From an uncultured Actinomycetes bacterium (GTDB lineage Bacteria > Actinomycetota > UBA4738 > JBBDTT01), in assembly GCA_963742735.1 (NCBI GenBank), contig CAVUMN010000004.1, positions 736,001-800,000 on the forward strand: a DNA stretch of 64,000 bases. Direction: 5' to 3'. The position numbers were made by a program, and so were the translations under genes. Under the pieces are notes generated by a model. It did no database searches and was not told the origin of the DNA. It was given only the letters and a program-made list of their open reading frames with translations. Below are positions 48,027 through 57,419 of the stretch, one piece after another (positions within the stretch are counted from its first letter, which is position 1; the number at the start of each line of letters is the position of its first letter).

Positions 48027-48923
48027 ATGCGACAACGACGAGGGTGGCTGACCGCGCTCCTCGCCACGGTGGCCCTTCTGGGCGCCGCGTGCGGCGACGG
48101 GGACGGCGGCGCGACGCCCACGCCCGGCGGGAACGATCAGGAGTTCCCTGCGGGCAGCACCATGGCGGAGCTCCAGGAGGCCGGGGAGGTCGTGATCGGC
48201 GTCAAGTTCGACGTCCCGCCGTTCGGGTTCCTGAACCCGCAGACCGAGGAGGTCGAGGGGTTCGACGTGGACATGGGCAAGGCCATCGCCGAGGAGCTCG
48301 GCGTGGAGCCGAGGTTCGTCGAGGCGATCACGGACAACCGGATCCCGTTCATCAAGAACGGCACGGTGGACATCATCCTGTCGACGATGACGATCACCAC
48401 CGACCGTGACGCGGAGATCGACTTCTCCGAGCCGTACTTCATCGCCCAGGGCCGGGTGCTGGTGCCGGGGGACTCGGACATCACCGGCGTGCAGGACCTG
48501 GCCGGGAAGACGGTCTGCACGGCGCTGGGCTCCACCTATGAGGAGAACTTGAAGGAGAACGCCCCGGAGGCGGAGCTTCGCCTTGTGGACACCTACTCCG
48601 AGTGCCTGGAGCTGATCCAGAACGGCTCGGTGGACGCCGTGTCCACGGACGACGTGATCCTCACCGGGATGATCATCCAGGACGACAGCCTGAAGCTGGT
48701 CGGCGAGGGCTACACGACCGAGCCGTACGGCGCCGGGATCGCAGACGGTGACACCGAGTTCGGCGAGTTCATCAGCGGGGTCATCGCCGACGTGAAGTCG
48801 GACGGACGGTGGGAGCAGTTCTTCCAGGACTGGATCGGGCAGCACACGGGCGAGCCGGGTGAGGTCCCGACCCTGACCCTGGAGGAAGCCCTGGAGCTTC
48901 GTCCGTGCGTCGAGACCTGCTGA
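48027..48923 (+). CDS. Glutamate-type ABC transporter substrate-binding lipoprotein (GluB-like)
   Basis: Lipobox LGAAC; GVKFDVPPFG, GFDVD, NRIPF and VSTDDVIL. Confidence 0.92.
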   Translation: MRQRRGWLTALLATVALLGAACGDGDGGATPTPGGNDQEFPAGSTMAELQEAGEVVIGVKFDVPPFGFLNPQTEEVEGFDVDMGKAIAEELGVEPRFVEAITDNRIPFIKNGTVDIILSTMTITTDRDAEIDFSEPYFIAQGRVLVPGDSDITGVQDLAGKTVCTALGSTYEENLKENAPEAELRLVDTYSECLELIQNGSVDAVSTDDVILTGMIIQDDSLKLVGEGYTTEPYGAGIADGDTEFGEFISGVIADVKSDGRWEQFFQDWIGQHTGEPGEVPTLTLEEALELRPCVETC

Positions 48924-48948
48924 GGTTCGCGAGAGAGAGCGCCGAGCG

Positions 48949-49611
48949 GTGAGCGATCTCTGGGACGTGCTGGTCCGGCACTTCCCGGAGTTCCGCTCGG
49001 GGTTCCTGGTGACGCTCAAGCTGGTGGCGATCTCGCTCGCGATCGCGCTGGCCGTGGGAACGATCGTGGGGGCCCTCCGGGCCGCGCCGACCCGCTGGGT
49101 CCGGTGGCTCGGGGGCCTCTACGTCGAGTTCTTCCGCAACATCCCCCTGCTGGTCCTGTTGACCATCGCGTTCGCGGGCCTGCGCCGGGCCGGCATCGGG
49201 ATCTCCCCCCTGGTGGCGGCCACCGCGAGCCTGGGGTTGTACACGGCGGCGTACGTCGCCGAGGCGATCCGCTCCGGGGTGTTCTCGGTGAGCAAGGGCC
49301 AGATCGAGGCCTCGCTGTCGATGGGCATGACCTCCCGCCAGACCCTGCGGCACGTCGTGGTCCCCCAGGCGGTCCGGACCGTGATCCCCCCGCTGGGCAG
49401 CCTGGTCATCGCCATGATCAAGAACTCCGCGATCATCGGCGCCGCCCTGGCGCTGGCCGACGACCTGCTCAAGGAGGCCCGCCAGATCAACGCGCGAACC
49501 TTCCAGACCAACGAGGTGTTCTTCTGGGCCGGGGTGGGATACCTGCTGCTCACGATCACCGCCACCGTCGCCATCCGGTACCTCGAACGACGACTGGCGA
49601 TCCGGCGATGA
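48949..49611 (+). CDS. Amino acid ABC transporter permease (GluC-like)
   Basis: YVEFFRNIPLL, AEAIRSG...GQIEAS and VPQAVR. Confidence 0.93.
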   Translation: MSDLWDVLVRHFPEFRSGFLVTLKLVAISLAIALAVGTIVGALRAAPTRWVRWLGGLYVEFFRNIPLLVLLTIAFAGLRRAGIGISPLVAATASLGLYTAAYVAEAIRSGVFSVSKGQIEASLSMGMTSRQTLRHVVVPQAVRTVIPPLGSLVIAMIKNSAIIGAALALADDLLKEARQINARTFQTNEVFFWAGVGYLLLTITATVAIRYLERRLAIRR

Positions 49612-50417
49612 GCTACCTGGTCGATCCGGAGAACTGGCGGTGGCTGTTCGCCGGGAACAACGTGCCGTTCATCCTCCAGGGCTTCTGGATCAACATCCAG
49701 ATCGCGGCGGTAGCGATGATCCTGTCGCTCTCGTTCGGCCTGGTGCTGGCGCTCCTGCGGGTTTCGGTCGGACGGGTTCGCCGCACGGTGGCCGGCCTGT
49801 GGATCGACGTGTGGAGGAACCTCCCGCTGATCCTGGTCCTGCTGTACCTGGCCCAGGCGATCCCGACCTCGTGGCGGGACGCCTACCGGCAGGCGGTGCC
49901 GGAGTGGCTGCCGTCGGCGTTCCAGTCGCAGTTCTTCCTGGCGGCGATCATCGGGCTCACCCTCTACAACTCCTCGGTGATCGCCGAGATCATGCGCGCG
50001 GGAATCCAGTCGCTCGATCGCGGCCAGGGCGAGGCCGCGGCGGCGCTCGGCCTTCGCCGCGGGCAGGCGATGCGCAAGGTCATCCTGCCGCAAGGCCTTC
50101 GGCGGATGGTCCCGGCGACCGTGTCGCAGCTCATCACGCTGATGAAGGACACCACCCTGGTCAGCATCATCGCGATCGCCGAGGTCATGCGGCACGGCAG
50201 GATCGTGAACAACACGAGCGGGAGCCCGTTCGTGGGGACGGGAGTCGACGCCCCGCTCCTCCAGGTGTTCCTGACGGTCGGGCTGATGTTCGTGGTGGTG
50301 AACCTGTCGCTGTCGCGGCTGTCCCGTCGCCTGGAGATCCGCGAGCGCCGCCGGACGGGGATCGAGGTCGAGCGGGTGACGGGCGTGGAGGACCAGCTCG
50401 TCGTCTCGGAGGTCTAG
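49608..50417 (+). CDS. Amino acid ABC transporter permease (GluD-like)
   Basis: WRNLPL, AEIMRAGI...GQGEAA, LPQG and KDTTL. ATGA-coupled. Confidence 0.92.
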   Translation: MSYLVDPENWRWLFAGNNVPFILQGFWINIQIAAVAMILSLSFGLVLALLRVSVGRVRRTVAGLWIDVWRNLPLILVLLYLAQAIPTSWRDAYRQAVPEWLPSAFQSQFFLAAIIGLTLYNSSVIAEIMRAGIQSLDRGQGEAAAALGLRRGQAMRKVILPQGLRRMVPATVSQLITLMKDTTLVSIIAIAEVMRHGRIVNNTSGSPFVGTGVDAPLLQVFLTVGLMFVVVNLSLSRLSRRLEIRERRRTGIEVERVTGVEDQLVVSEV

Positions 50418-51196
50418 CGGGCGGCGAGGCGCTCCGCGAGCTCGTCGAGCAGAAAGAGGCTGACGTCGTCGGAGGTTCGTTCGTCCACCCTGAACGGCCG
50501 GTCCAGGACCTTGAGGAGCTTCACGAGGTAGATGAACAGGTAGGAGACGAAGGCCAGCACGACCAGCGATTCCGCGAGCGTCCCGATCCGCGTGAACGTC
50601 AGCGTGAGGATCCCGAGGAACACGATCGTCTGGATCAGCAGGTAGGTCGAGGGCAGGAACTCGATCTTCTGGACGTGGTAGATGCGGAGCAGGGCCTTGC
50701 GGATGGTCCCTTGCTCGCTCCGGAGGCGGGCGATGAACGGCGGCGGGGTGCCCAGCCGCTCGAGCTCGAGAAAGGACGGCGAGAGCCGGTTGACGGCCTC
50801 GAGGCAGGTGCGGGAGTTCGGGGTGGAGAGGTCGGCCCGGAACGCCTGGACGATGCCGAGCAGTGAACCGCGTAGCCGCGACAGGTCGAACGCGGTCGCG
50901 GTCTGTGCGTGGGACGTGCAGTCCTCGTGGATGGCCTCGAGCGCGGCCGTGATCTCGGCCGGCATCTTCTCGCTCTCCTTGTAGTCGGCCAGTGTCCCCG
51001 CGACGATCAGTCCGATGACGAAGATGCCGCCTCCCACGACGGTCGTGAACAGGGGGCTGAGATCCAGGAACTCCAGGTCGAACCGGTCGATCAGGAGTTT
51101 GACCAGCAGGATGCCCGCGACCAGCAGGGCCGTCTCGAGCGCGACGCGCACCCGCTTGAGGGCACGACCGGGCCGGCGACCGTCGTCCGGGCTCAT
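50414..51196 (-). CDS. Hypothetical membrane protein (bestrophin-like topology)
   Basis: Two TM segments, a soluble helical domain, two more TM segments, then LDRPF. TAGCCT -10 lies 7 nt before the ATG. Confidence 0.7.
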   Translation of the reverse strand: MSPDDGRRPGRALKRVRVALETALLVAGILLVKLLIDRFDLEFLDLSPLFTTVVGGGIFVIGLIVAGTLADYKESEKMPAEITAALEAIHEDCTSHAQTATAFDLSRLRGSLLGIVQAFRADLSTPNSRTCLEAVNRLSPSFLELERLGTPPPFIARLRSEQGTIRKALLRIYHVQKIEFLPSTYLLIQTIVFLGILTLTFTRIGTLAESLVVLAFVSYLFIYLVKLLKVLDRPFRVDERTSDDVSLFLLDELAERLAAR

Positions 51197-51206
51197 GGGA
51201 CGCAGG

Positions 51207-51821
51207 CTACGTGACGGCGGTGGGGTGCACCACCGGCCGGTAGCCCTCGCGGAGGACGGCCACCGAGGACGGCGGCGTCAGCAGCACGGCGTCGCCGCGC
51301 GACGGCCGGTCGACTGGGTCGCCGTAACCGGCCGGGGACCAGGGGACCAGGCGGTCGTCCAGGACCAGCGCCGGCGTCTGGCCCGACGCGACGTACGCGC
51401 CCTCCGGCAGGTCGCGCCAGGCCATGGCGTGACGGCGCTGACGCCGGCCGTCCACCCGCTCGCCGTGGAGGCGGAGGTCCATCGGGTCGGCCCCCGGCCG
51501 TTCGCCGAACGCGGACCTCCACGCGTCGAGCCAGGCGTTGTACTCGCTCCGGCGACACAGGGCGCACGGCCGATGCCCCGCCGCGAGGGCGACGGCCTCG
51601 TCGAGGAAGAACAGCGGCGTCCAGCGCCCCGGCGCCCACTTGGGCGCGACCCAGCCCTTGAACTCCAGGACGCACGTGATCCACCGGCGGACCTGCCAGG
51701 CCCGGACGATCCTCCGGTCACGATGGATGTTCCCGCGGTTGCCCATGTACGTGCCGCGCTGGTCGATGGCGACGATCTCGCCGAACGGAGTCACCCGGTT
51801 GCGCTCGGCCACGTGATCCAT
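51207..51821 (-). CDS. Conserved-looking hypothetical protein with Ada-like Cys motif
   Basis: NRVTPFGE, MGNRG, WITC and FFLDEAVALAAGHRPCALCRR. Alternative GTG start at 51812. Confidence 0.75.
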   Translation of the reverse strand: MDHVAERNRVTPFGEIVAIDQRGTYMGNRGNIHRDRRIVRAWQVRRWITCVLEFKGWVAPKWAPGRWTPLFFLDEAVALAAGHRPCALCRRSEYNAWLDAWRSAFGERPGADPMDLRLHGERVDGRRQRRHAMAWRDLPEGAYVASGQTPALVLDDRLVPWSPAGYGDPVDRPSRGDAVLLTPPSSVAVLREGYRPVVHPTAVT

Positions 51822-51838
51822 CCTGACCGAAGACGGAT

Positions 51839-51933
51839 TGGCGGAGGCGGACGGGAATCGAACCCGCCAGCGAGCTTTCACCCGCTCACCGGTTTTGAAG
51901 ACCGGGGGGCCCACCAGGCGCCCGGACGCCTCC
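51839..51933 (-). tRNA. selC: tRNA-Sec (anticodon UCA)
   Basis: 95 nt; acceptor GGAGGCG/CGCCTCC; anticodon arm CCGGT-CTTCAAA-ACCGG; long variable arm AGCGGGT-GAAA-GCTCGCT; T-loop TTCGATT; encoded GCCA end; TATGCT -10 upstream. Confidence 0.95.
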
Positions 51934-51958
51934 GCGGGAGAGCATACGGGCGGGCCCT

Positions 51959-54900
51959 TCAGGCGGATCGGATCCCCAGTCGGTCCAGCCGGTCGCGGGC
52001 GGCCTCGCGATGCGGTGTCGCCTCGCTCGCTCGACCCAGCGCGGTCGAGCAGCGCGCCGCGCCCAGATGGGCGAGGCCCTCCTCCAGGACGACGCCCCAT
52101 TCGGCCCACTCGACCGCGGCGTTCCGATACGCGTTCAGTGCCTCCTCGGTCCGACCCCTCGCCTCGAGGAGCGCCGCCCGGGCCGTGTTCCGGATCCGCA
52201 GGTAGCGCTCCAGGCGCGCGCCCTCGGTTCCCTCCAGGACGTGCTCGGCCAGGGGAAGGTCGTCCGCGGCCAGCGCGAGCCGGGTCAGGTGGTGGACGTC
52301 GAGGAGCCGGACGGCAAGCCCGTCGCCCTGGGTCTGGCCGACGGCCTCTCGGACCAGGTCGGCGGTCCCGGCCGCATCGCCGGCCGCGTTCCGCGCGATC
52401 CCCGCGGCCACGAGCGCGGACTGCAGCAGGGGAGGTTCCCCGAGGGGCCGCATGCGTTCGAGCACCTCCTCGCAGAACGCCAGCGCTTCGGCGCCCTCGC
52501 GCCAGGCGCGCACGAACCCGATGTCGGCCATCGCGTAGACCTCGTCGTACACCGAGCCGGTCCGGCGACCCTCCTCGACGATCTCATTTGCCAGCCGGAG
52601 GACCTCGTCCCACTCGCCGAAGTCGAGCAGCGGCGTGATGGTGGAGTTGTGGATCGCGGTGACCATCTCCCGCACGCCGCGGGATTCCGCGAACGCGACG
52701 CCCTCGCGCAGAACCTCGAGTGAGGCCCCGGGGCCGTCGCTCAGGATCAGCGCGCTCCCCAGGTTGTTGTAGGTGACCGCGGCCGCCCGGACGAGTCCCA
52801 GTCCGATCAGCTCGTGTAGCGCCTCCCGTTGCTCGGCGATCCCGTCGGCGTCCCCGGTAACCAGGCGAGCGAAGCCGCGAAACGCGTGCCCCCGCGCCGC
52901 CGCCTGGGGCTCGCCCACCTGTCCGGCGAGGGCGATCGCCCGCTCGGCCTGGGGGATGCCCTCCCCGTAGCGCCCCGAGACCACGGCGCTGCCGGCGCTG
53001 GTGGCGTAGGCGCGAGCCAGCTCCCGGCTCGGGGGCAGGGCCTCCAGCGTTCGGATGGCCTCGGCGAGGAGGGTCCACCCGGCCGAGGTCTCGCCCCGGT
53101 ACTCGAGGACCACCGAGCGTCGGACCATGGCGTCGGCCGCGTCCAGGTCGTCGCCCGCGGCGAGCAGACCCTCTGCGGCCTCCGCGAACGCCGCGTCCGC
53201 CTCCTCCAGGCGGCCGGACTGCAGGTTCGCCTCGCCGAGCGCGGAGAGGACGTGCGCCCGGTCGGGATGGGACGCCGGCAAGAGCTCCAGTGCACGACGG
53301 AGCTGATCCATGGCGCGCTCCACGTCCAGGGACATCGCTCGGGCCGCGGCCAGCCGCAGATACCGGGCCGCCGACTCCGAGAGCGCCTCCACATCCGAAG
53401 CCCCGGCCGCGCGCGCCAGGTCGAGGGCGCTCGTCGCGTGGTGCACCAGGATCTCGGCAACGTCCTCCAGGTTTCCGCCGCCCACCCCCTCGATCCACTC
53501 CGCCGCCGCCCGGTGCTGCTCGATGCGGGCGGCCCGGGGGAGGGTCGCGTACGAGACGTCGCGGAGCAGGCCGTGCCAGAACGCGTACTCGGCCTGCCCG
53601 TCCAGCGACGAACGGGCCACGCCCCGCACCAGCTCTCGTCCCGCGAGCGCGGTGAGGTCGGATCGAACCGCGGCCTCGTCTCGGGTCGTGAGGGCCGCGG
53701 CGGCGCCCGACCAGAACACGCGACCGATCACCGAGGCCGCCTGCAGCAGGCCTTTCTGCTCCGGGTCCAGCGCGTCGAGCCGCGCGGCGATCAGGGCGTG
53801 CACGGTCGGTGGCAGCTCCAGGCCGGAGTCGTCGCCGACCAGCTCGCCCTGGGGCCCGACGAGTCCCCGGTCGCGGAGGGTTCGGACCAGCTCCTCCGCG
53901 AACAGGGGATTGCCGCCGGATCGTTGGAGCAGCAGGTCCCGCGTCCCGGTGGGGAGCGACCTCGATCGAAGGAGCCCCGCAACCAGGCGCTCGGTCTCCT
54001 CGGCGTCCAGGGGCAGCAGCGTCAGGACCGTGGTCGCCGCCGCGCCGGGTCCCCAGGACGGATGACGTTCCAGTAGCTCCGGCCTTGTCGTGCCGACGAT
54101 CAGGAGTCGAGACGACGCGACGTTGGCGGCGACGTGATCCAGGAACGCGAGCAGGGCGGGGTCGGCCCAGTGCAGGTCCTCGAACACCAGGACCAGGGGG
54201 TCGGTACGCGCGACGTCCTCCAGCAGGCGGCGCCACGCCGTGAACGCCTCCTCCCGCTCGACCGGGGCTCCGGCCTCGAGGCCGGCCAGGGGGGCCAGCC
54301 GCGCCTTGAACCATGCCCGCTCCGAGGGGTCGGTCTGAATGCCCGCCAGGGCGGCCTCGAGCTTCGCCTCGCGATCAGAGGCGGGGTCCGAATCCTTGAT
54401 CCCGGCCCACGCCTTCACGATCTCGCCGAGCGCCCAGAACGTGATGCCTTCCCCATAGGACAGGCACCGGCCGCGATACCACCGAACGTTCACCGGGAGG
54501 GCCCCGCACGCGGCGCGGAGCTCGGCGACCAGGCGCGACTTCCCGACGCCTGGCTCCCCGGAGATCGTGACGAAGCCCGTGACGCCGTCGTCGACGGCCG
54601 CCCGGAGCGCATCCTCCAGCGTCGCCAGCTCCCGCGTCCGGCCGACGAACGGGGCGGCCCCGGTTCGGTCGGAGGTCCCGCCGACACGCCGCATGGCCCG
54701 CGCCCGCCACACCCGCAGCGGCTCGGCCTTTCCCTTGGCCGACACCGCCGGGAGCTCCTCGTAGTCAACCGCCCCGGCCGTGGCCCGCTGGGTCGCCTCG
54801 CCGACCAGGATGGCGCCGGCCTCGGCGGCGGTCTGGATGCGGGCGGCGGTGTTCACGACGTCGCCCAGGATCCGCTCGCCCTGGCCGGCCTCCGCGTCCG

Positions 54901-55339
54901 GGGCGACCGCCGCCTCTCCCGTGCTGATCCCGATCCGGACGGCGAGCGGGTCCTCCTCGCGGCCCTCGTTCAGCACGGCGATCTCCTCGGCGATGTCCAC
55001 GGCGGCGCGCACGGCGCGCTCGGCGTCGTCCTCGTGAGCCACCGGCGAGCCGAAGACGCCCATCGCGGCGTCGCCGATGAACTTGTCGACCGTGCCGCCG
55101 TGGCGCTCGATGGCTCGCCGAGTCAGGTCGTGGAAGGGCTCGATCAGCGCCCGGACGTCCTCGGGATCGGCCCGATCGGACCGAGCGGTGAACCCGACCA
55201 GGTCGCAGAACAGGATCGTGACCAGGCGGCGCTCGGTCCTCGGGGGGGCCGGCGGCGCCGCCTCGAGCGGCGCCCCGCAGTGGGGACAGAACCGGAACCC
55301 GGTCTCGCTCTGCCGTCCGCAGGCGCCGCAGGTGATCAC
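51959..55339 (-). CDS. Zinc-ribbon, class III adenylate/guanylate cyclase, AAA/STAND ATPase and TPR protein
   Basis: CGAC...CPHC; LFCDLVGFT, KFIGDA, VNTAARIQ; GEPGVGKS; FEDLHWAD; GGNPLF; helical repeats. Confidence 0.93.
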   Translation of the reverse strand: MITCGACGRQSETGFRFCPHCGAPLEAAPPAPPRTERRLVTILFCDLVGFTARSDRADPEDVRALIEPFHDLTRRAIERHGGTVDKFIGDAAMGVFGSPVAHEDDAERAVRAAVDIAEEIAVLNEGREEDPLAVRIGISTGEAAVAPDAEAGQGERILGDVVNTAARIQTAAEAGAILVGEATQRATAGAVDYEELPAVSAKGKAEPLRVWRARAMRRVGGTSDRTGAAPFVGRTRELATLEDALRAAVDDGVTGFVTISGEPGVGKSRLVAELRAACGALPVNVRWYRGRCLSYGEGITFWALGEIVKAWAGIKDSDPASDREAKLEAALAGIQTDPSERAWFKARLAPLAGLEAGAPVEREEAFTAWRRLLEDVARTDPLVLVFEDLHWADPALLAFLDHVAANVASSRLLIVGTTRPELLERHPSWGPGAAATTVLTLLPLDAEETERLVAGLLRSRSLPTGTRDLLLQRSGGNPLFAEELVRTLRDRGLVGPQGELVGDDSGLELPPTVHALIAARLDALDPEQKGLLQAASVIGRVFWSGAAAALTTRDEAAVRSDLTALAGRELVRGVARSSLDGQAEYAFWHGLLRDVSYATLPRAARIEQHRAAAEWIEGVGGGNLEDVAEILVHHATSALDLARAAGASDVEALSESAARYLRLAAARAMSLDVERAMDQLRRALELLPASHPDRAHVLSALGEANLQSGRLEEADAAFAEAAEGLLAAGDDLDAADAMVRRSVVLEYRGETSAGWTLLAEAIRTLEALPPSRELARAYATSAGSAVVSGRYGEGIPQAERAIALAGQVGEPQAAARGHAFRGFARLVTGDADGIAEQREALHELIGLGLVRAAAVTYNNLGSALILSDGPGASLEVLREGVAFAESRGVREMVTAIHNSTITPLLDFGEWDEVLRLANEIVEEGRRTGSVYDEVYAMADIGFVRAWREGAEALAFCEEVLERMRPLGEPPLLQSALVAAGIARNAAGDAAGTADLVREAVGQTQGDGLAVRLLDVHHLTRLALAADDLPLAEHVLEGTEGARLERYLRIRNTARAALLEARGRTEEALNAYRNAAVEWAEWGVVLEEGLAHLGAARCSTALGRASEATPHREAARDRLDRLGIRSA

Positions 55340-55363
55340 GTGCGCGAGCGTACCCGCGCGGAC

Positions 55364-56953
55364 TTACCCCGGGTCGGGGATGGGTGCGGTCTCGGCACGG
55401 CACGCCTCGCCCGAGCAGAGGCGGAGCCCCTCGAGCACCACGGTCAGGGCGGCCAGCGTCTGCGCGTAGGCGGGGTCCAGGTGGACCGAGTTGAGCTGGA
55501 ACGGGTCGCGCTCCAGGTCGTACAGCTCGCGTTCGCCGGTCATGTACTCGAGGTACGCGTAGCGCTCGGTACGCACGCCCTGGTAGCCGATGACGGTCTT
55601 GCCCAGCGGAATCGGGTTGCCGCCACCACCACCGCCACCACCGCCGCCACCCTCGAGCTGCTGCCGGAAGAACGTGACCGCGGAGCCGATGGGGAAGAAC
55701 GCCTCCAACAGGATGGGCCGCAGCGTCCGTTCCCGGGGACGCCGCAGGAAGGGGAGGAATGAGCGGCCGTCCATCGTCACCGTCGGCTCGGCGCCGGTCA
55801 GCTCGGCGATCGTCGGCGCCAGGTCGGCGTTCACGACCCGTTCCTGCACCATGGTCCCGGGCCGGATCCCCGGCCCGCGGATGAGCAGCGGCACGCGAGC
55901 CGAGTTCTCGTAGCCGAGGATCTTCTCGTCCGGCGTCCGGTGCTCGCCGTGGAAGTAGCCATTGTCGGAGGTGAACACCACGTAGGTGTTGCGGAGGACG
56001 CCCTCGGCGGCCAGGGCCCGCATGACGCTCCGGACGGCCTCGTCCACGGACTGCAGGGACTCGATCTCGTTGCGGTACCGGTCCTCGATCACCTCGACGT
56101 CCTCGGGCGTGAGCGAGGGCTTGAGCTGCATGAACAGGGGCTTGTCGGTCATGTCGTCCTCGTTGAACGAGGGCGGCCGCGGCATGCGGACCCGGGCGTA
56201 CTTCCCCTTGTGGCGGGGCGCAGGACGGGGCCCGGTCTGGATCGCGAGGGTGTCGACCTCGCGGTGGGGCGCCAGGAACCACAGGTTCAGGAAGAAGGGC
56301 CTGTCCGAATGGGCAACGCGGTGGATCGCGGCCACCGCCTTCCTTGCGTACACGTCGGTCTGGTAGAGCGCGGGGTTCTCGACGCCGGGATCCCCGTACG
56401 TCTTCGTTCGTCCGTTCTCGTTCAGCGTGTAGCCCCACATCCGGTAGGTCGAGGGGTCGATCGCGCCGTACCACTCGTCCCAGCCGGGCGGCACCTCGGT
56501 GGGGTCCGCCACCCCGTACTCGTTGAGGAACTTGCCGACGTGGACCGTTCGGTAGCCGGCGGCCCGAAGCCAGACCGGGAGGGTGTTCTCGGCGTCCAGG
56601 CGCTCGTAGCCCCCGGTCGGCGGGTCGTTCTCCAGGACACCGTGGTTGTGGGCGTACTGGCCCGTCAGGAACGTCGCCCGCGACGGGCAGCACAGCGGAA
56701 ACGACGACAGCGACGTGCGGAAGGAGGCCCCGGGCGAACCGATCAGGGCCCGCGTGTACGGCAGCCACCGCATCTGCTCGACGGTCTGGTCGTCGGTCAT
56801 GATCACGACGACGTTGGGGCGCGACCGCGCGGGCCGGGCCTGGGTCGTGGGGCCCTTCGGGCCCTCCGGGGTCCCGGACGCCCGCCCGTCGGGGCTTCCC
56901 GCCACGAGCGACGTGGCGGCGAGCAGCAGGGCGAGAACGAGGCGGGCTCTCAT
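55364..56953 (-). CDS. Secreted sulfatase (Cys-type, GlcNAc-6-sulfatase-like)
   Basis: Signal peptide; PNVVVIMTDDQ, CCPSRATFLTG (CxPxR), GKFLNEY, APH, TSDNG and ELYDL. Confidence 0.93.
   Translation of the reverse strand: MRARLVLALLLAATSLVAGSPDGRASGTPEGPKGPTTQARPARSRPNVVVIMTDDQTVEQMRWLPYTRALIGSPGASFRTSLSSFPLCCPSRATFLTGQYAHNHGVLENDPPTGGYERLDAENTLPVWLRAAGYRTVHVGKFLNEYGVADPTEVPPGWDEWYGAIDPSTYRMWGYTLNENGRTKTYGDPGVENPALYQTDVYARKAVAAIHRVAHSDRPFFLNLWFLAPHREVDTLAIQTGPRPAPRHKGKYARVRMPRPPSFNEDDMTDKPLFMQLKPSLTPEDVEVIEDRYRNEIESLQSVDEAVRSVMRALAAEGVLRNTYVVFTSDNGYFHGEHRTPDEKILGYENSARVPLLIRGPGIRPGTMVQERVVNADLAPTIAELTGAEPTVTMDGRSFLPFLRRPRERTLRPILLEAFFPIGSAVTFFRQQLEGGGGGGGGGGGNPIPLGKTVIGYQGVRTERYAYLEYMTGERELYDLERDPFQLNSVHLDPAYAQTLAALTVVLEGLRLCSGEACRAETAPIPDPG
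55620..55652 (-). repeat. (GGN)10 poly-glycine tract inside the sulfatase
   Basis: Plus strand CCGCCACCACCACCGCCACCACCGCCGCCACC encodes a run of 10 Gly. Confidence 0.8.
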
Positions 56954-57348
56954 GCCCAGAACCGGTCGATGTCGTCCTGGTCGTCCGCGAGCGCCCAGCG
57001 CTCCTCGAGCTTCGCGTCCGGGGTGAGCTTCAGGACGTGGGCGACGACGTTGTCCTGGTGCCGGTCCTGACGGTCCGCGGTCACGTGGACGAGCACCACC
57101 GCGAACTCGTCGTTGGCGAACACGTCCAGGATCTCCGTCTCGACGGTGCCCTCGGTCTCCTGCCAGATCCGCACGAACAGCGACAGGAGCTCGGCCTTGC
57201 CCCGGTAGGTCCCGGCGATGGCGTGGGTGCCGGGCTGGTGCCAGACGACCTCGTCGTCCAGCAGGGAGTCCAGGCCGGAGAGGTCGCCCTTGGCGAAGGC
57301 CTCGAACCCCTGGCGGACCCGCGGGACGTTCGGATGGTCGTTCGCCAC
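56950..57348 (-). CDS. SnoaL/NTF2-like protein
   Basis: VRQGFEAFAKGD...LLDDEVVWHQPG...AGTYRGK and C-terminal DRFW. ATGA-coupled to the sulfatase. Confidence 0.85.
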   Translation of the reverse strand: MANDHPNVPRVRQGFEAFAKGDLSGLDSLLDDEVVWHQPGTHAIAGTYRGKAELLSLFVRIWQETEGTVETEILDVFANDEFAVVLVHVTADRQDRHQDNVVAHVLKLTPDAKLEERWALADDQDDIDRFWA

Positions 57349-57419
57349 GGGGCGGGTTCTATCCCGCGCTCGGGGCGGGTGTCCAGGGTGGGGCCCGCGA
57401 ATAGACTGGGTCAACGCCC

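Noticed and set aside
51839-51870. selC 3' end as the attachment site of an integrated element
   Set aside because: I saw no duplicate of the tRNA 3' end, no integrase and no compositional shift next to it.
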